Source: Motiliproteus sp. (GTDB lineage: Bacteria > Pseudomonadota > Gammaproteobacteria > Pseudomonadales > Balneatricaceae). Taken from it: a stretch of DNA of 35,777 bases. The notes under the pieces are model-generated. The model was not told the DNA's origin, did not search any database, and saw only the letters and a program-made list of their open reading frames with translations. The position numbers and the translations under genes are program-made. The stretch lies in NCBI GenBank assembly GCA_041587095.1, contig JBFGYY010000001.1, positions 1-35,777 of the forward strand, in the 5' to 3' direction. This document shows, piece by piece, positions 26,844 to 35,777 of the stretch. Position 1 is the first letter of the stretch, and every line of letters starts with the position of its first letter.

Positions 26844-29579
26844 ATGCGTACCCGTCCGGAAAGCAAAAAAGTTGCCACGTTCTGCTACAACTGTGTCGCA
26901 GGCCCCGATCTGATGACTGTGCGGGTCGAAGACGGGGTCGCTACCGAGGTGGAGCCTAATTTTGCCGCCGCCCAGTTCCACCCCGCTCAGGGCAAAGTCT
27001 GCGTGAAAGCTTATGGGCTGATTCAGAAAGCCTACAACCCCGACCGGGTATTGCAGCCCATGAAGCGCACCAATCCCAACAAGGGCAAAGATCAGGATCC
27101 CGGCTTCGTTCCCATCTCCTGGGATGAGGCGCTGGACACCATCGCCGCCAAGGTTGTTGAGGCGCGGGGCAACGCCGGACGCGACGGTTCCGGCTACCCG
27201 CGTATCGCCGCCAGCTTTGGCGGTGGCGGCACCCCCACCTACTACATGGGCACCTTTCCGGCCTTTCTTTCGACGCTGGGGCCGATCGATTTTGGTTTCG
27301 GCAGCGGCCAGGGCGTCAAGTGCTACCACTCCGAACACCTGTACGGCGAATTTTGGCACCGCGCCTTTACCGTGGCGTCCGACACCCCGAACACCAACTA
27401 CATCGTCTCGTTCGGCGCCAACCTGGAGGCCTCCGCCGGACCCTGCGGCACCATGCGCCATGCCAACGCGCGCATTCGCGGCGTGAAGCGGGTGCAGATC
27501 GAGCCGCATCAGTCGGTCACCGCCGGCTGCTCGGCCGAATGGGTGCCGATCAAGCCCAAGACCGACCCGGCCTTTATGCTCGCCATGATCCACGTTTTGC
27601 TGCATGGCGACCGCAGCCGTCTGGATATTCCTTATCTGCGCGATCGCACCGGCTCACCCTATCTGGTGGCGCCCAACGGTTACTACCTGCGCGATCCCGA
27701 AAGCCGCAAACCCCTGATTATGGACAGTCAGTCCCAGCAGGCGGTTGCCTTCGATACCCCCGGTATCGTGCCGGCGCTGGAAGGCGAATTCATCGTCAGC
27801 GGTGCAGAGATCGGCGCCGATGATCAGGTATGGCAGCACCATTCAATTAGCGTCAAGACCGCCTTCGGCCACCTGATCGACCACGTCGAGGACTACACGC
27901 CCGAATGGGCCGCCGCCATCTGCGACGTTAAGGCCGACACCATTCGCCGCGTCGCCGAGGAGTATCTGGACCATGCCCAGGTGGGTGCGACCATCGATAT
28001 CGAGGGCCGCACATTACCGTTTCGTCCGGTCTCCGTGGTACTCGGCAAGACCGTGACCAACGGCTGGGGCGGCTACGAATGCTGCTGGGGACGCACCATG
28101 CTCGCCTGCCTGGTCGGAGCGCTGGAGGTCCCGGGCGGCATTCTCGGTACCACGGTGCGCCTTAACCGGCCCGCCACCGGCCGTGCCGAAAGTATCCAGG
28201 CGGGACCTGACGGCTTTATGGCCTTCCCCATGAATCCCACCGGCAAGGATGACTGGAAAGCCACCCCGCATACCCGCAACGCCTACGATACACTGGTGCC
28301 GCTGGCCTCCAACTCACCCTGGAGCCAGGCCCTCGGTCCGACCCACCTGTCCTGGATGCAACAAAACGAAACACTGGACACCTTTCCCGAAGCCACGCTG
28401 CCGGATGTCTGGTTTATCTACCGCACCAACCCGGCCATTTCGTTTTGGGAAACCGACACCATCAGCGACATCATGACCCGCTTTCCCTTTACGGTCGGCT
28501 TCGCCTATACCCGCGACGAATCCAACCATATGGCGGATATTCTGCTACCGGACCAGACCGATCTGGAAAGTACGCAGCTGATCCGCGTCGGCGGCACCAA
28601 ATTCATGGAGCAGTTCTGGGAGTATCAGGGCTACATCCTGCGCCAGCCGGCGGCCGAGCCCCAGGGGGAGTCGCAGGATATGACCTGGATCGCTACCGAA
28701 CTGGCGGCGCGCTGCGACCTGCTCGAACCTTATAACAACGCCATCAATCGCGGCGCCGGCGGGGTGGCGCTCAAGGATCGTGGCGGCCGCTACGATTTCA
28801 GCCTGCCCACCACGGACAAGCACTCGGTGGATGCCATCTGGGACGCCAGCTGCCGCGCCGCCAGCGCCGAACTCACCGAAGGTCGCGAGAGCGACGGGCT
28901 CGATTACTACAAAGAGCACGGCATGCGCATGATCCCCTTCTCGAAACTGCGCTGGTATCTGATCTGTGAAATGCAAGACCGCGGGCTGCGTTTCGAAATG
29001 CCCTATCAGGAAGGGTTGCTGCGGGTCGGACGCCAGCTGGCCAATCGCCTGCACGAAAAAGGCATCTCCTTCTGGGATACCCAGCTCAGCGAGTATGAAG
29101 CCCTGCCGGAATGGAAAGATGTGCCGGGCATCTGGGAAGACGCCCTGGAAAACAACTTCCAGATCCGGATCGGTGATTATCCTTTCTGGCTGCTGACCTC
29201 GCGCAGCATGCAGTACAACTGGGGCAGCAACGTGGCTATCCAGATGGTTCGCGAAGTCTCCAAAAATATTAAAGGCCACGACGGCGTGATCATGAACACC
29301 CAGCGCGCCGCCGAGATGGGGCTGAAAGAGGGGGACTGGGTCGAGATCCGCTCGCCGGTGAATGTGGTCAAAGGCCGCGTTGGCCTGCGTCAGGGAATCC
29401 GCCCCGACGTGCTGCTGATGATCGGCCAGTTCGGCCACTGGATCACCCCCACCGCCAAAGACTTCCAGTTACCCAGTATGAATCCGTTGGTGCCGATGCT
29501 GATGGACCTTACCGACGCCACCGGCTCCGCCGCCGACCTGGTGCGTGTCTCCATCAAACCATTGGGAGATGCCGCATGA
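26844..29579 (+). CDS. padB: Phenylacetyl-CoA:acceptor oxidoreductase, Mo-bisPGD catalytic subunit
   Basis: DMSO-reductase family (CYNCVAGPD...C.K, P.KRTNP.KG..DPGFVPISWDEALD, EWVPIKP.TD.AF, ADILLP); no Tat signal; operon order matches pad. Confidence 0.88.
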   Translation: MRTRPESKKVATFCYNCVAGPDLMTVRVEDGVATEVEPNFAAAQFHPAQGKVCVKAYGLIQKAYNPDRVLQPMKRTNPNKGKDQDPGFVPISWDEALDTIAAKVVEARGNAGRDGSGYPRIAASFGGGGTPTYYMGTFPAFLSTLGPIDFGFGSGQGVKCYHSEHLYGEFWHRAFTVASDTPNTNYIVSFGANLEASAGPCGTMRHANARIRGVKRVQIEPHQSVTAGCSAEWVPIKPKTDPAFMLAMIHVLLHGDRSRLDIPYLRDRTGSPYLVAPNGYYLRDPESRKPLIMDSQSQQAVAFDTPGIVPALEGEFIVSGAEIGADDQVWQHHSISVKTAFGHLIDHVEDYTPEWAAAICDVKADTIRRVAEEYLDHAQVGATIDIEGRTLPFRPVSVVLGKTVTNGWGGYECCWGRTMLACLVGALEVPGGILGTTVRLNRPATGRAESIQAGPDGFMAFPMNPTGKDDWKATPHTRNAYDTLVPLASNSPWSQALGPTHLSWMQQNETLDTFPEATLPDVWFIYRTNPAISFWETDTISDIMTRFPFTVGFAYTRDESNHMADILLPDQTDLESTQLIRVGGTKFMEQFWEYQGYILRQPAAEPQGESQDMTWIATELAARCDLLEPYNNAINRGAGGVALKDRGGRYDFSLPTTDKHSVDAIWDASCRAASAELTEGRESDGLDYYKEHGMRMIPFSKLRWYLICEMQDRGLRFEMPYQEGLLRVGRQLANRLHEKGISFWDTQLSEYEALPEWKDVPGIWEDALENNFQIRIGDYPFWLLTSRSMQYNWGSNVAIQMVREVSKNIKGHDGVIMNTQRAAEMGLKEGDWVEIRSPVNVVKGRVGLRQGIRPDVLLMIGQFGHWITPTAKDFQLPSMNPLVPMLMDLTDATGSAADLVRVSIKPLGDAA

Positions 29580-30283
29580 CCCGCTATATCATGATCGCTG
29601 ACCTGCGCCGCTGCGTCGGCTGTCAGACCTGCACCGCCGCCTGCAAACACCGCAACGCCACCGCGCCCGACGTGCAGTGGCGCAAGGTGCTGGATCTGGA
29701 GGTGGGCGAATACCCCGATGTACGCCGTACTTTTGTCCCTGTGGGCTGCCAGCACTGCGCGAAACCGTCCTGCATGGAGGTCTGTCCGACCACGGCGACC
29801 AGGCAGCGCGATGACGGGCTGATCACCATCGATTACGACCTCTGCATCGGCTGCGGTTACTGTGCCGTCGCCTGTCCTTATCAGGCGCGCTACAAGGTCA
29901 GCGAACCCGCGCAGGCCTATACAGGTAAGCGCATGGCCAATGAAATCGCCCGCGAAGACCCGCAACGGATCGGCGTGGCGCAAAAGTGCACCTTCTGCTA
30001 CGACCGTATCGACCACGGCAAAGCCAACGGTTTAACCCCGGGCATCGATCCCGACGCCACCCCGGCGTGCGTCAACGCCTGTATCACCGGCGCCCTGCAC
30101 TTCGGCGATATCGAGGACGAAAACTCCAACGTCGCGGTGTTGCTGCGGGAAAACCAAAGCTTTCGCATGCATGAGGAGCTGGGTAACGAACCCGGTTTCT
30201 ATTACCTGTGGGACGACCACGCTATCGAGAATGCCCCAGCGGGCGTGCAGGAAATCCAAGCGAACGTGGAGGCCAACACATGA
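29576..30283 (+). CDS. padC: Phenylacetyl-CoA:acceptor oxidoreductase, 4x[4Fe-4S] subunit
   Basis: CVGCQTC...C, CQHC..P.C...CP, CIGC.YC...CPY, KCTFC...PAC...C; ATGA overlap with padB. Confidence 0.88.
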   Translation: MTRYIMIADLRRCVGCQTCTAACKHRNATAPDVQWRKVLDLEVGEYPDVRRTFVPVGCQHCAKPSCMEVCPTTATRQRDDGLITIDYDLCIGCGYCAVACPYQARYKVSEPAQAYTGKRMANEIAREDPQRIGVAQKCTFCYDRIDHGKANGLTPGIDPDATPACVNACITGALHFGDIEDENSNVAVLLRENQSFRMHEELGNEPGFYYLWDDHAIENAPAGVQEIQANVEANT

Positions 30284-31233
30284 ACAGCATCACCCCCTGG
30301 CTGCAGCGATTCTGGGACTGGCGCGCCGCCGGCAATTTTATCGGCGGCGGCATCGGTAGCGGACTACTGGTCTGGGCGGCGGTTTTATCACTGGCCGGTT
30401 ACGCCGTCGAGTGGCTGCTACTGCTGGGCCTTGGCGTGATCGGCGTCGGTTTATTTTGCGTGTTTCTTGAGCTGGGACGGCCCTGGCGCGCCATCAATGT
30501 GCTGTTTAACGCCCGAACCTCCTGGATGACCCGCGAGGCGATGGTCGCCGCCGCCCTGTTCCCACTCGGCCTGCTGGCCGTGCTGACGGGCAGCGTCATC
30601 CTTACGCTGCTGACCGCGCTGGCCGGGATGGGGTTTCTCTACTGTCAGGGCCGCATACTGCAGGCCGCCAAAGGGATTCCCGCCTGGCGTATCGCCACCC
30701 TGCCACCGCTGATAGCCAGCACCGCGCTCTGCGAAGGGTTAGGACTGTTTTTAGTGTTATCGCCACTGCTTGACATACCGGTTACCGTCATCGCCACCAG
30801 TTTGCTACTGATGCTGCTCGGAGCACGTTTTTTCGCGTGGGGCCGTTATCGCAACAGCCTGACGCAGCATGCCCCGCTGGCTTGCCAGGACGCGGCGACG
30901 CAGATCAACGCACAGTTCGTTCGCTTCGGGGCCATCCTTCCCGCACTGCTGGCAATCGCACAACTACTGATCGGCAACGGTACGCCCTGGCTGGCTGCCC
31001 TGAGCGGCCTCTGTGCACTGCTGGCCGGCGGCTTCGTCAAGTTTCATCTGCTTAACAGTCTTGCGTTCAACCAGGGCTACGCCATCAGCCATTCACCCAC
31101 CCGCGGGGCAGGCAGGACCGGGCCGAGCGTCAAGCCCGGCTGGCCATCAGGGCATTTGCAAGCACCTGTGACAGCATCTTCACACCCGCAAGACACACTG
31201 GCAGCCCCAATCGGCGCCGCTGAACGCGCCTGA
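30280..31233 (+). CDS. padD: Phenylacetyl-CoA:acceptor oxidoreductase, membrane anchor (DmsC/NrfD-like)
   Basis: ATG 30280 (ATGA overlap); Q..WDWRAAGNFIGGG.G.G, ELGRPWRA.NV.....TSWMTRE, AKGIPAWR; multiple TM helices. Confidence 0.86.
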   Translation: MNSITPWLQRFWDWRAAGNFIGGGIGSGLLVWAAVLSLAGYAVEWLLLLGLGVIGVGLFCVFLELGRPWRAINVLFNARTSWMTREAMVAAALFPLGLLAVLTGSVILTLLTALAGMGFLYCQGRILQAAKGIPAWRIATLPPLIASTALCEGLGLFLVLSPLLDIPVTVIATSLLLMLLGARFFAWGRYRNSLTQHAPLACQDAATQINAQFVRFGAILPALLAIAQLLIGNGTPWLAALSGLCALLAGGFVKFHLLNSLAFNQGYAISHSPTRGAGRTGPSVKPGWPSGHLQAPVTASSHPQDTLAAPIGAAERA

Positions 31234-31280
31234 ACAGCGCGAACACAATAACAATAATCACCGACAAGGGTAGCAAGGCG

Positions 31281-31895
31281 ATGCATGAACTCAGGATTCA
31301 CGGCCGCGGCGGTCAGGGGGCCGTTCTGGCGTCAAAAATACTGGCCAAGGCACTGGTATCGGAAGGGCTGCATGTCACCGCGATCCCCGCGTTCGGCTTC
31401 GAGCGCCGTGGCGCGCCGGTCGCCGCTTTTATGCGCTACAGCGACCGGCCGATCCGGCGCATCAACAACATCTACAGCCCGGACACCGTGATGAGCATCG
31501 ACCCCTCGGTGATCCACTCGGTGAATATCTTCGAGGGCATGCAAGCGGGCGGAACCTGGATCCATACCGGCCGCGCAGAACCCGATGAACTGGTTTTTCC
31601 CGACAGTCTGGCAACCCTGGCGCTGTGCGATGCGGTAGGGATCGCCATGCAGGTTTTCCGGCGCAATATCACCAACACCATCATGCTCGGCGCTTTTGCC
31701 AAGGCCACAGGGCTGGTATCGCTGGACGCGTTAAAAAAAGGCCTGGAGTCTGCCAGTTTTCGCGATGCGGGCCTGCACCAGAACATGCTGGCCGTGGAGC
31801 GCGGTTACGAAGAAACCCGGCTGTTTCACCTAAATAACGCCTGCGCAGCCAAAACACCGAAGCCGGCAGCCGGCGCTCTGGAGGACCGGATATGA
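31281..31895 (+). CDS. padE: Phenylglyoxylate dehydrogenase gamma subunit
   Basis: RIHGRGGQGAV, P.FGFERRGAPV, NTIMLGAF.KATG (OFOR gamma). Confidence 0.88.
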   Translation: MHELRIHGRGGQGAVLASKILAKALVSEGLHVTAIPAFGFERRGAPVAAFMRYSDRPIRRINNIYSPDTVMSIDPSVIHSVNIFEGMQAGGTWIHTGRAEPDELVFPDSLATLALCDAVGIAMQVFRRNITNTIMLGAFAKATGLVSLDALKKGLESASFRDAGLHQNMLAVERGYEETRLFHLNNACAAKTPKPAAGALEDRI

Positions 31896-32212
31896 GCCAG
31901 CCGATAAAAACACGCGCCGACAATCTGATCCCTTACCAGCCGATCTACCCCGACCAGGTGCCCGACACCTACTGCCCGGTCGCCAAAGAGCCGGCGCAAA
32001 TGTTACCCGGCGACTGGCGCAGCATGCGTCCGGTGGTCGATCGGGATAAGTGCGTCAAATGCGCCACCTGCTGGATCTACTGCCCGGTTCAGTGCGTGGT
32101 GGAAAAAGCGGCCTGGTTCGATATCAATCTCGCGACCTGTAAAGGCTGTGGTATCTGCGCGCAGGAGTGCCCGCAGCGCGCCATCACCATGATCGAAGAG
32201 GCGGGGAAATAA
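31892..32212 (+). CDS. padF: Phenylglyoxylate dehydrogenase delta subunit, 2x[4Fe-4S]
   Basis: GDWR..RPVVD..KCVKC..CW.YCP, CKGCGICA.ECP. Confidence 0.88.
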   Translation: MSQPIKTRADNLIPYQPIYPDQVPDTYCPVAKEPAQMLPGDWRSMRPVVDRDKCVKCATCWIYCPVQCVVEKAAWFDINLATCKGCGICAQECPQRAITMIEEAGK

Positions 32213-32214
32213 CC

Positions 32215-33519
32215 ATGAGCATAGACCAGAGCAAGGCGATTAAGCAGCAGGCCGACGCCCCCGCGAAAAGCACCGGTCAGGCGCGCCCGGCAGTCAGCGT
32301 AAAAGCGCTGCGCAGACTTCCGGACTCGGTGGTGTGCGACGGCAATGAGGCCTCCGCCTGGGCCGTGGCACTGGCGCGCCCGGATGTGATCGCCATCTAC
32401 CCGATCACGCCCCAGTCATCGCTGGTGGAGTATCTCTCGCAGTTTGTCGCCGAGGGGCTGATCGACGCCGAGTTAATGAACGTTGAGGGCGAACACAGCG
32501 TGATGTCGGCGCTGCAGGGGGCCGCACTGGCCGGCGCGCGAACCTACACCGCCACCTGCGGACCCGGGCTGGCCTTTATGTTCGAACCTTACATCCGCAC
32601 GCCGGGCCTGCGCCTGCCGATTGTCACCAGCCTGGTAACCCGCGACACCCTCACGCCGCAGTGCGTGTGGGGCGGTCAGCAGGATGCCATGCTGGTCAAG
32701 GAGGTCGGCTGGATTCAGATGTACTGTGAATCGGTGCAGGAGGTGCTGGACACGACGGTGATGTCCTTTCGCATCGGCGAGCACCCGGATGTGATGTTGC
32801 CGGTGAATGTGAACAGCGATGGCAACTACCTCTCTTACGGCGTCACCGGTATCGACCTGCCCGAGCAGGCGGATGTCGATGCCTTTCTGGGCCAGAAAAA
32901 TATCAACTGGCACGCGGCACTGGATCCCGAGCGGCCCATGGCGATCGACCCGCTCACCGGCGGCGCCGGCGGACCCGGCCCCTCGTTGTTCGTCGGCTAT
33001 CGCAAGGGGCAGTGCGATGCCATGCAAAACGCCTTACAGGTGATCGAAGACGCCCATGAAGAATGGGCACAACGGGTCGGCCGCCGTTTCGCACCACTGA
33101 TCGAGCAATACCGCCTGGACGATGCCGAGTATGCCATCGTCACCATTGGCAGCATGACCGGCGCCGCCAAGGACGCCGTGGATGCAGCCCGCGAGCGCGG
33201 CGAACCGGTGGGCCTGATAAAAGTAAAAACCTTCCGCCCCTTTCCGGTGGCCGCCATGCAAAAAGCCCTGTCCAAAGTCAAAGCGATCGGCGTGGTAGAC
33301 CGCGCGGTCAATTTCGGCTGGAACAGCGGGCCGCTGTTTCAGGAGACCCTGGCCGCGGCCCATGGCCTGCAGCGTTACCTGCCCGCCGCCAGCTTCATCG
33401 GCGGGCTGGCCGGTGCCGACATCACCACCGATCACTTTGACCGCATCATTCATGACACCGCCCGCCTGCTCGATGGTCAGGTGATCGACAGCCCGGTCTG
33501 GGTTAACCAGCACGATTGA
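32215..33519 (+). CDS. padG: Phenylglyoxylate dehydrogenase alpha subunit
   Basis: ATG 32215; DGNEA, YPITPQS, VEGEHS, GARTYTAT.GPGL, TFRPFP, GGLAG.D (OFOR alpha). Confidence 0.88.
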   Translation: MSIDQSKAIKQQADAPAKSTGQARPAVSVKALRRLPDSVVCDGNEASAWAVALARPDVIAIYPITPQSSLVEYLSQFVAEGLIDAELMNVEGEHSVMSALQGAALAGARTYTATCGPGLAFMFEPYIRTPGLRLPIVTSLVTRDTLTPQCVWGGQQDAMLVKEVGWIQMYCESVQEVLDTTVMSFRIGEHPDVMLPVNVNSDGNYLSYGVTGIDLPEQADVDAFLGQKNINWHAALDPERPMAIDPLTGGAGGPGPSLFVGYRKGQCDAMQNALQVIEDAHEEWAQRVGRRFAPLIEQYRLDDAEYAIVTIGSMTGAAKDAVDAARERGEPVGLIKVKTFRPFPVAAMQKALSKVKAIGVVDRAVNFGWNSGPLFQETLAAAHGLQRYLPAASFIGGLAGADITTDHFDRIIHDTARLLDGQVIDSPVWVNQHD

Positions 33520-33540
33520 TAGCGGCGAGAGGAAACGACC

Positions 33541-34860
33541 ATGAACCAGAGCAAGTATCTCATTATCGGCAGCAGCCATGCCGCGCTCGAAGCTGCTGCT
33601 GCGATCCGCATGCAGGATGAAACCGGCACGATCACGCTCATATCCCGCGATCCGCAGCGTCCCTATTCACCCACCGTGCTGCCGTATGTGATCTCGGGCC
33701 AATCCGACCCGGAACAGATCCGCCTGCGCGACGACGACTATTTCGCGCGGCATAACATCACCCTGGTGCTCGGCGACGCCCTGCTCGGTCTTGACTGCAA
33801 GGCGAATGTGGCGCATTTCAGCTCCGGACAGCACTGGCAGTACGACAAGTTGCTGCTCGCCACGGGCTCCACCCCGGCGATACCGCCTGTCACGGGGCTC
33901 GACGAGGTCCCCTTCCATGTGGTGCGCACCCTGGACGATGCCCTCGGCTTACGCCAGGCCATGCAACACGCCAGACGCGCGGTGGTGCTCGGCGGCGGTT
34001 TCGTCGGCACCCATGCCGCAGAAAATCTCGCCAAGGCCGGCCTGGAGGTGATCCTGGTTGAGATGCAAGCGCAGCTGCTGCCCTGGTATTTCGATCAACG
34101 CGCGGCCGGCCTGATCGAGCAGGCCTTTAGTCGCAACGGCATCAGCGTGCTGACCCAGCACAGGGTCGACGCGGTTGTCCGACAGGAACAAAGCTGCAGA
34201 CTGACGCTGAGCGGCCCCGATGGCACCGCTCTGGCGCAGCCTCTGGAAGCCGACCTGCTGGTGGTGGCGACGGGAGTGAAAATGGTGATGGACTATCTGG
34301 AGGGCAGCCCCATCGAGACCGATACGGGCATCATCGTCAATGACCGGATGCAGACCAGCCAGGCCAACGTCTGGGCCGCCGGTGACGTCGCCCAGGCCCG
34401 CTGTTTGCTCAATAACCTGCCAAACCCGGCCAGCAATGCCCGCGGCATGATCAACGGTATCCTGCCCGACGCGGTCGAACAGGGACGGATTGCCGGTATG
34501 CAGATGGCCGGTGACAGCGCCGCCAAAACCTATTCTGGCGGCGTGCCGATCAACACGTTCAGCTTCTTTGGTAATCGCGCCGTGTCGGTCGGGTGCAGCA
34601 GCGCGCCGGTCGATGATGACAGCATCGAAACCTGCCTGCTGGAGACAGACGCGGCCGGGGGAGAAGCCCATCTGGCCTTCCGTAAAGTGCTGCTGCAAAA
34701 CAACCGGTTGATCGGCATATCCGCCATCAATGACCCGATCGACGCCGGCATTATGTGGCAGTTGATCCTGCGCGGTACCGACCTGGGACCGGTCAAGGAA
34801 GCGTTTCTGGCGCAGCCCCTGGCCACCGGCCGTCAACTGATGTCAGCCACCTGGCGCTGA
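33541..34860 (+). CDS. padH: Phenylglyoxylate dehydrogenase epsilon subunit (FAD/NAD)
   Basis: YLI.GSSHAAL, PYSPTVLPY, LLLATG, VVLGGGFVG, WAAGDVA, D.GIMWQLI; lies between the alpha and beta subunit genes. Confidence 0.88.
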   Translation: MNQSKYLIIGSSHAALEAAAAIRMQDETGTITLISRDPQRPYSPTVLPYVISGQSDPEQIRLRDDDYFARHNITLVLGDALLGLDCKANVAHFSSGQHWQYDKLLLATGSTPAIPPVTGLDEVPFHVVRTLDDALGLRQAMQHARRAVVLGGGFVGTHAAENLAKAGLEVILVEMQAQLLPWYFDQRAAGLIEQAFSRNGISVLTQHRVDAVVRQEQSCRLTLSGPDGTALAQPLEADLLVVATGVKMVMDYLEGSPIETDTGIIVNDRMQTSQANVWAAGDVAQARCLLNNLPNPASNARGMINGILPDAVEQGRIAGMQMAGDSAAKTYSGGVPINTFSFFGNRAVSVGCSSAPVDDDSIETCLLETDAAGGEAHLAFRKVLLQNNRLIGISAINDPIDAGIMWQLILRGTDLGPVKEAFLAQPLATGRQLMSATWR

Positions 34861-34893
34861 GCCGCAGCCGAGCCTGATCGAGAGGATTACACC

Positions 34894-35777
34894 GTGGGAA
34901 ACGCTCATAACAGTATCATCTTCCATCCCGAAAAATGCGCCGGCTGCTCGACCTGCATGCTCGCCTGCGCCAGGGCCAAAACCGGCAGCGACGATATCCG
35001 ACATTCGCGCATCGCCATTCAACCCGGCGCGATGACCCTGGCGGGTGACGCCCCCGCCGAAACAGCACTGGCCCTGTGTCGTCAGTGCGGCGACCCGAAA
35101 TGCGTACAGAATTGCCCTTCCACCGCGCTGAGCATCAACGCCGACAGCGGCGTAATCGACTGGAACGGTAACAAGTGCATCGACTGCCTGCTCTGCACCG
35201 TCGGCTGCAGCTACGGTGGCATCGCCGTCAATGAAGCCGACGGCAGAGTCATGAAGTGCGACATGTGCGCGGGCGATCCGGCCTGCGTCAAGGCCTGCCC
35301 GAACGGCGCCCTGGAGCTGAACCGCAGCGCCGAGCTCTACCAGGAGTTTGGTCACAAAGAAGACCTGTTTGTACCCGGTCTGTCCGCTTGCCAGGGCTGC
35401 AATTCTGAACTGCTGATCCGCCATACCCTGCGCAAGGTCGGCAGCAATGTGGTGCTCGCCACGCCACCCGGCTGCATCCCCGGCATGGGCACCGTGGGCT
35501 ACAACGGCAAGACGGGCAGCAAGGTGCCGGTCTTCCACCCGCTGCTAACCAATACCGCCTCCATGCTGGCGGGGATCAAGAAACAGTACAACCGGCTGGG
35601 CCGCGACGTCACCATGCTGGCACTGGCCGGTGACGGCGGTGTCGGCGATGTCGGCTTTCAATCGCTTTCGGGCGCCGCCGAACGCAACGAGCAGATGCTG
35701 TTTGTCTGCGTCGACAACGAAGGCTACATGAACACCGGTATGCAGAGTTCCGGTAGCACGCCGGCTGGCTCCTGGAC
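34894..35777 (+). CDS. padI: Phenylglyoxylate dehydrogenase beta subunit with N-terminal polyferredoxin (truncated by window end)
   Basis: Absent from the ORF track; GAGGA RBS then GTG 34894: MGNAHNSIIFHPEKCAGCSTCMLAC...CRQC.DP.C...CP...CIDC..C...C...KCDMC..DPAC...CP...SACQGC...TPPGC...GDGG...VDNEGYMNTG (TPP motif); open to the end. Confidence 0.9.
   Translation, partial: MGNAHNSIIFHPEKCAGCSTCMLACARAKTGSDDIRHSRIAIQPGAMTLAGDAPAETALALCRQCGDPKCVQNCPSTALSINADSGVIDWNGNKCIDCLLCTVGCSYGGIAVNEADGRVMKCDMCAGDPACVKACPNGALELNRSAELYQEFGHKEDLFVPGLSACQGCNSELLIRHTLRKVGSNVVLATPPGCIPGMGTVGYNGKTGSKVPVFHPLLTNTASMLAGIKKQYNRLGRDVTMLALAGDGGVGDVGFQSLSGAAERNEQMLFVCVDNEGYMNTGMQSSGSTPAGSW

Noticed and set aside
26574-35538. 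Long minus-strand ORFs (26574-27605, 28545-29438, 29390-30016, 33949-34836, 34843-35538)
   Set aside because: Antisense shadows of GC3-rich pad genes with no recognisable motifs; 34843-35538 shadows the real padI.

Overview
GC-rich chromosomal window, most consistent with a marine or facultatively anaerobic gammaproteobacterium (inferred from gene families only). I see no mobile element, rRNA, tRNA or CRISPR array. From left to right it holds: a DnaA-box cluster; DUF1499 and an unknown membrane gene; LysR with a divergent mmsA broken by one in-frame TAG; doxX-pirin; an iron locus (bfd, Fur boxes, DUF2325 and two complementary bacterioferritin subunits); lactate permease with two FadR-type operators; Lrp with a divergent leuA; an OYE alkene reductase; a second copy of the DnaA-box element; an orphan AorC/PadH-like flavoprotein preceded by a 14-bp tandem repeat; LysR-frmA-fghA; a Gre-like factor; a secreted unknown; an aromatic-acid ABC transporter plus an AcuB-like gene; and, divergent from it, a thioesterase followed by padBCDEFGHI (anaerobic phenylacetate alpha-oxidation, padI cut by the window end). 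The most notable items are two DARS-like DnaA/Fis elements with identical spacing 14 kb apart, the bfd-DUF2325-split bacterioferritin locus, and the thioesterase-led pad cluster.
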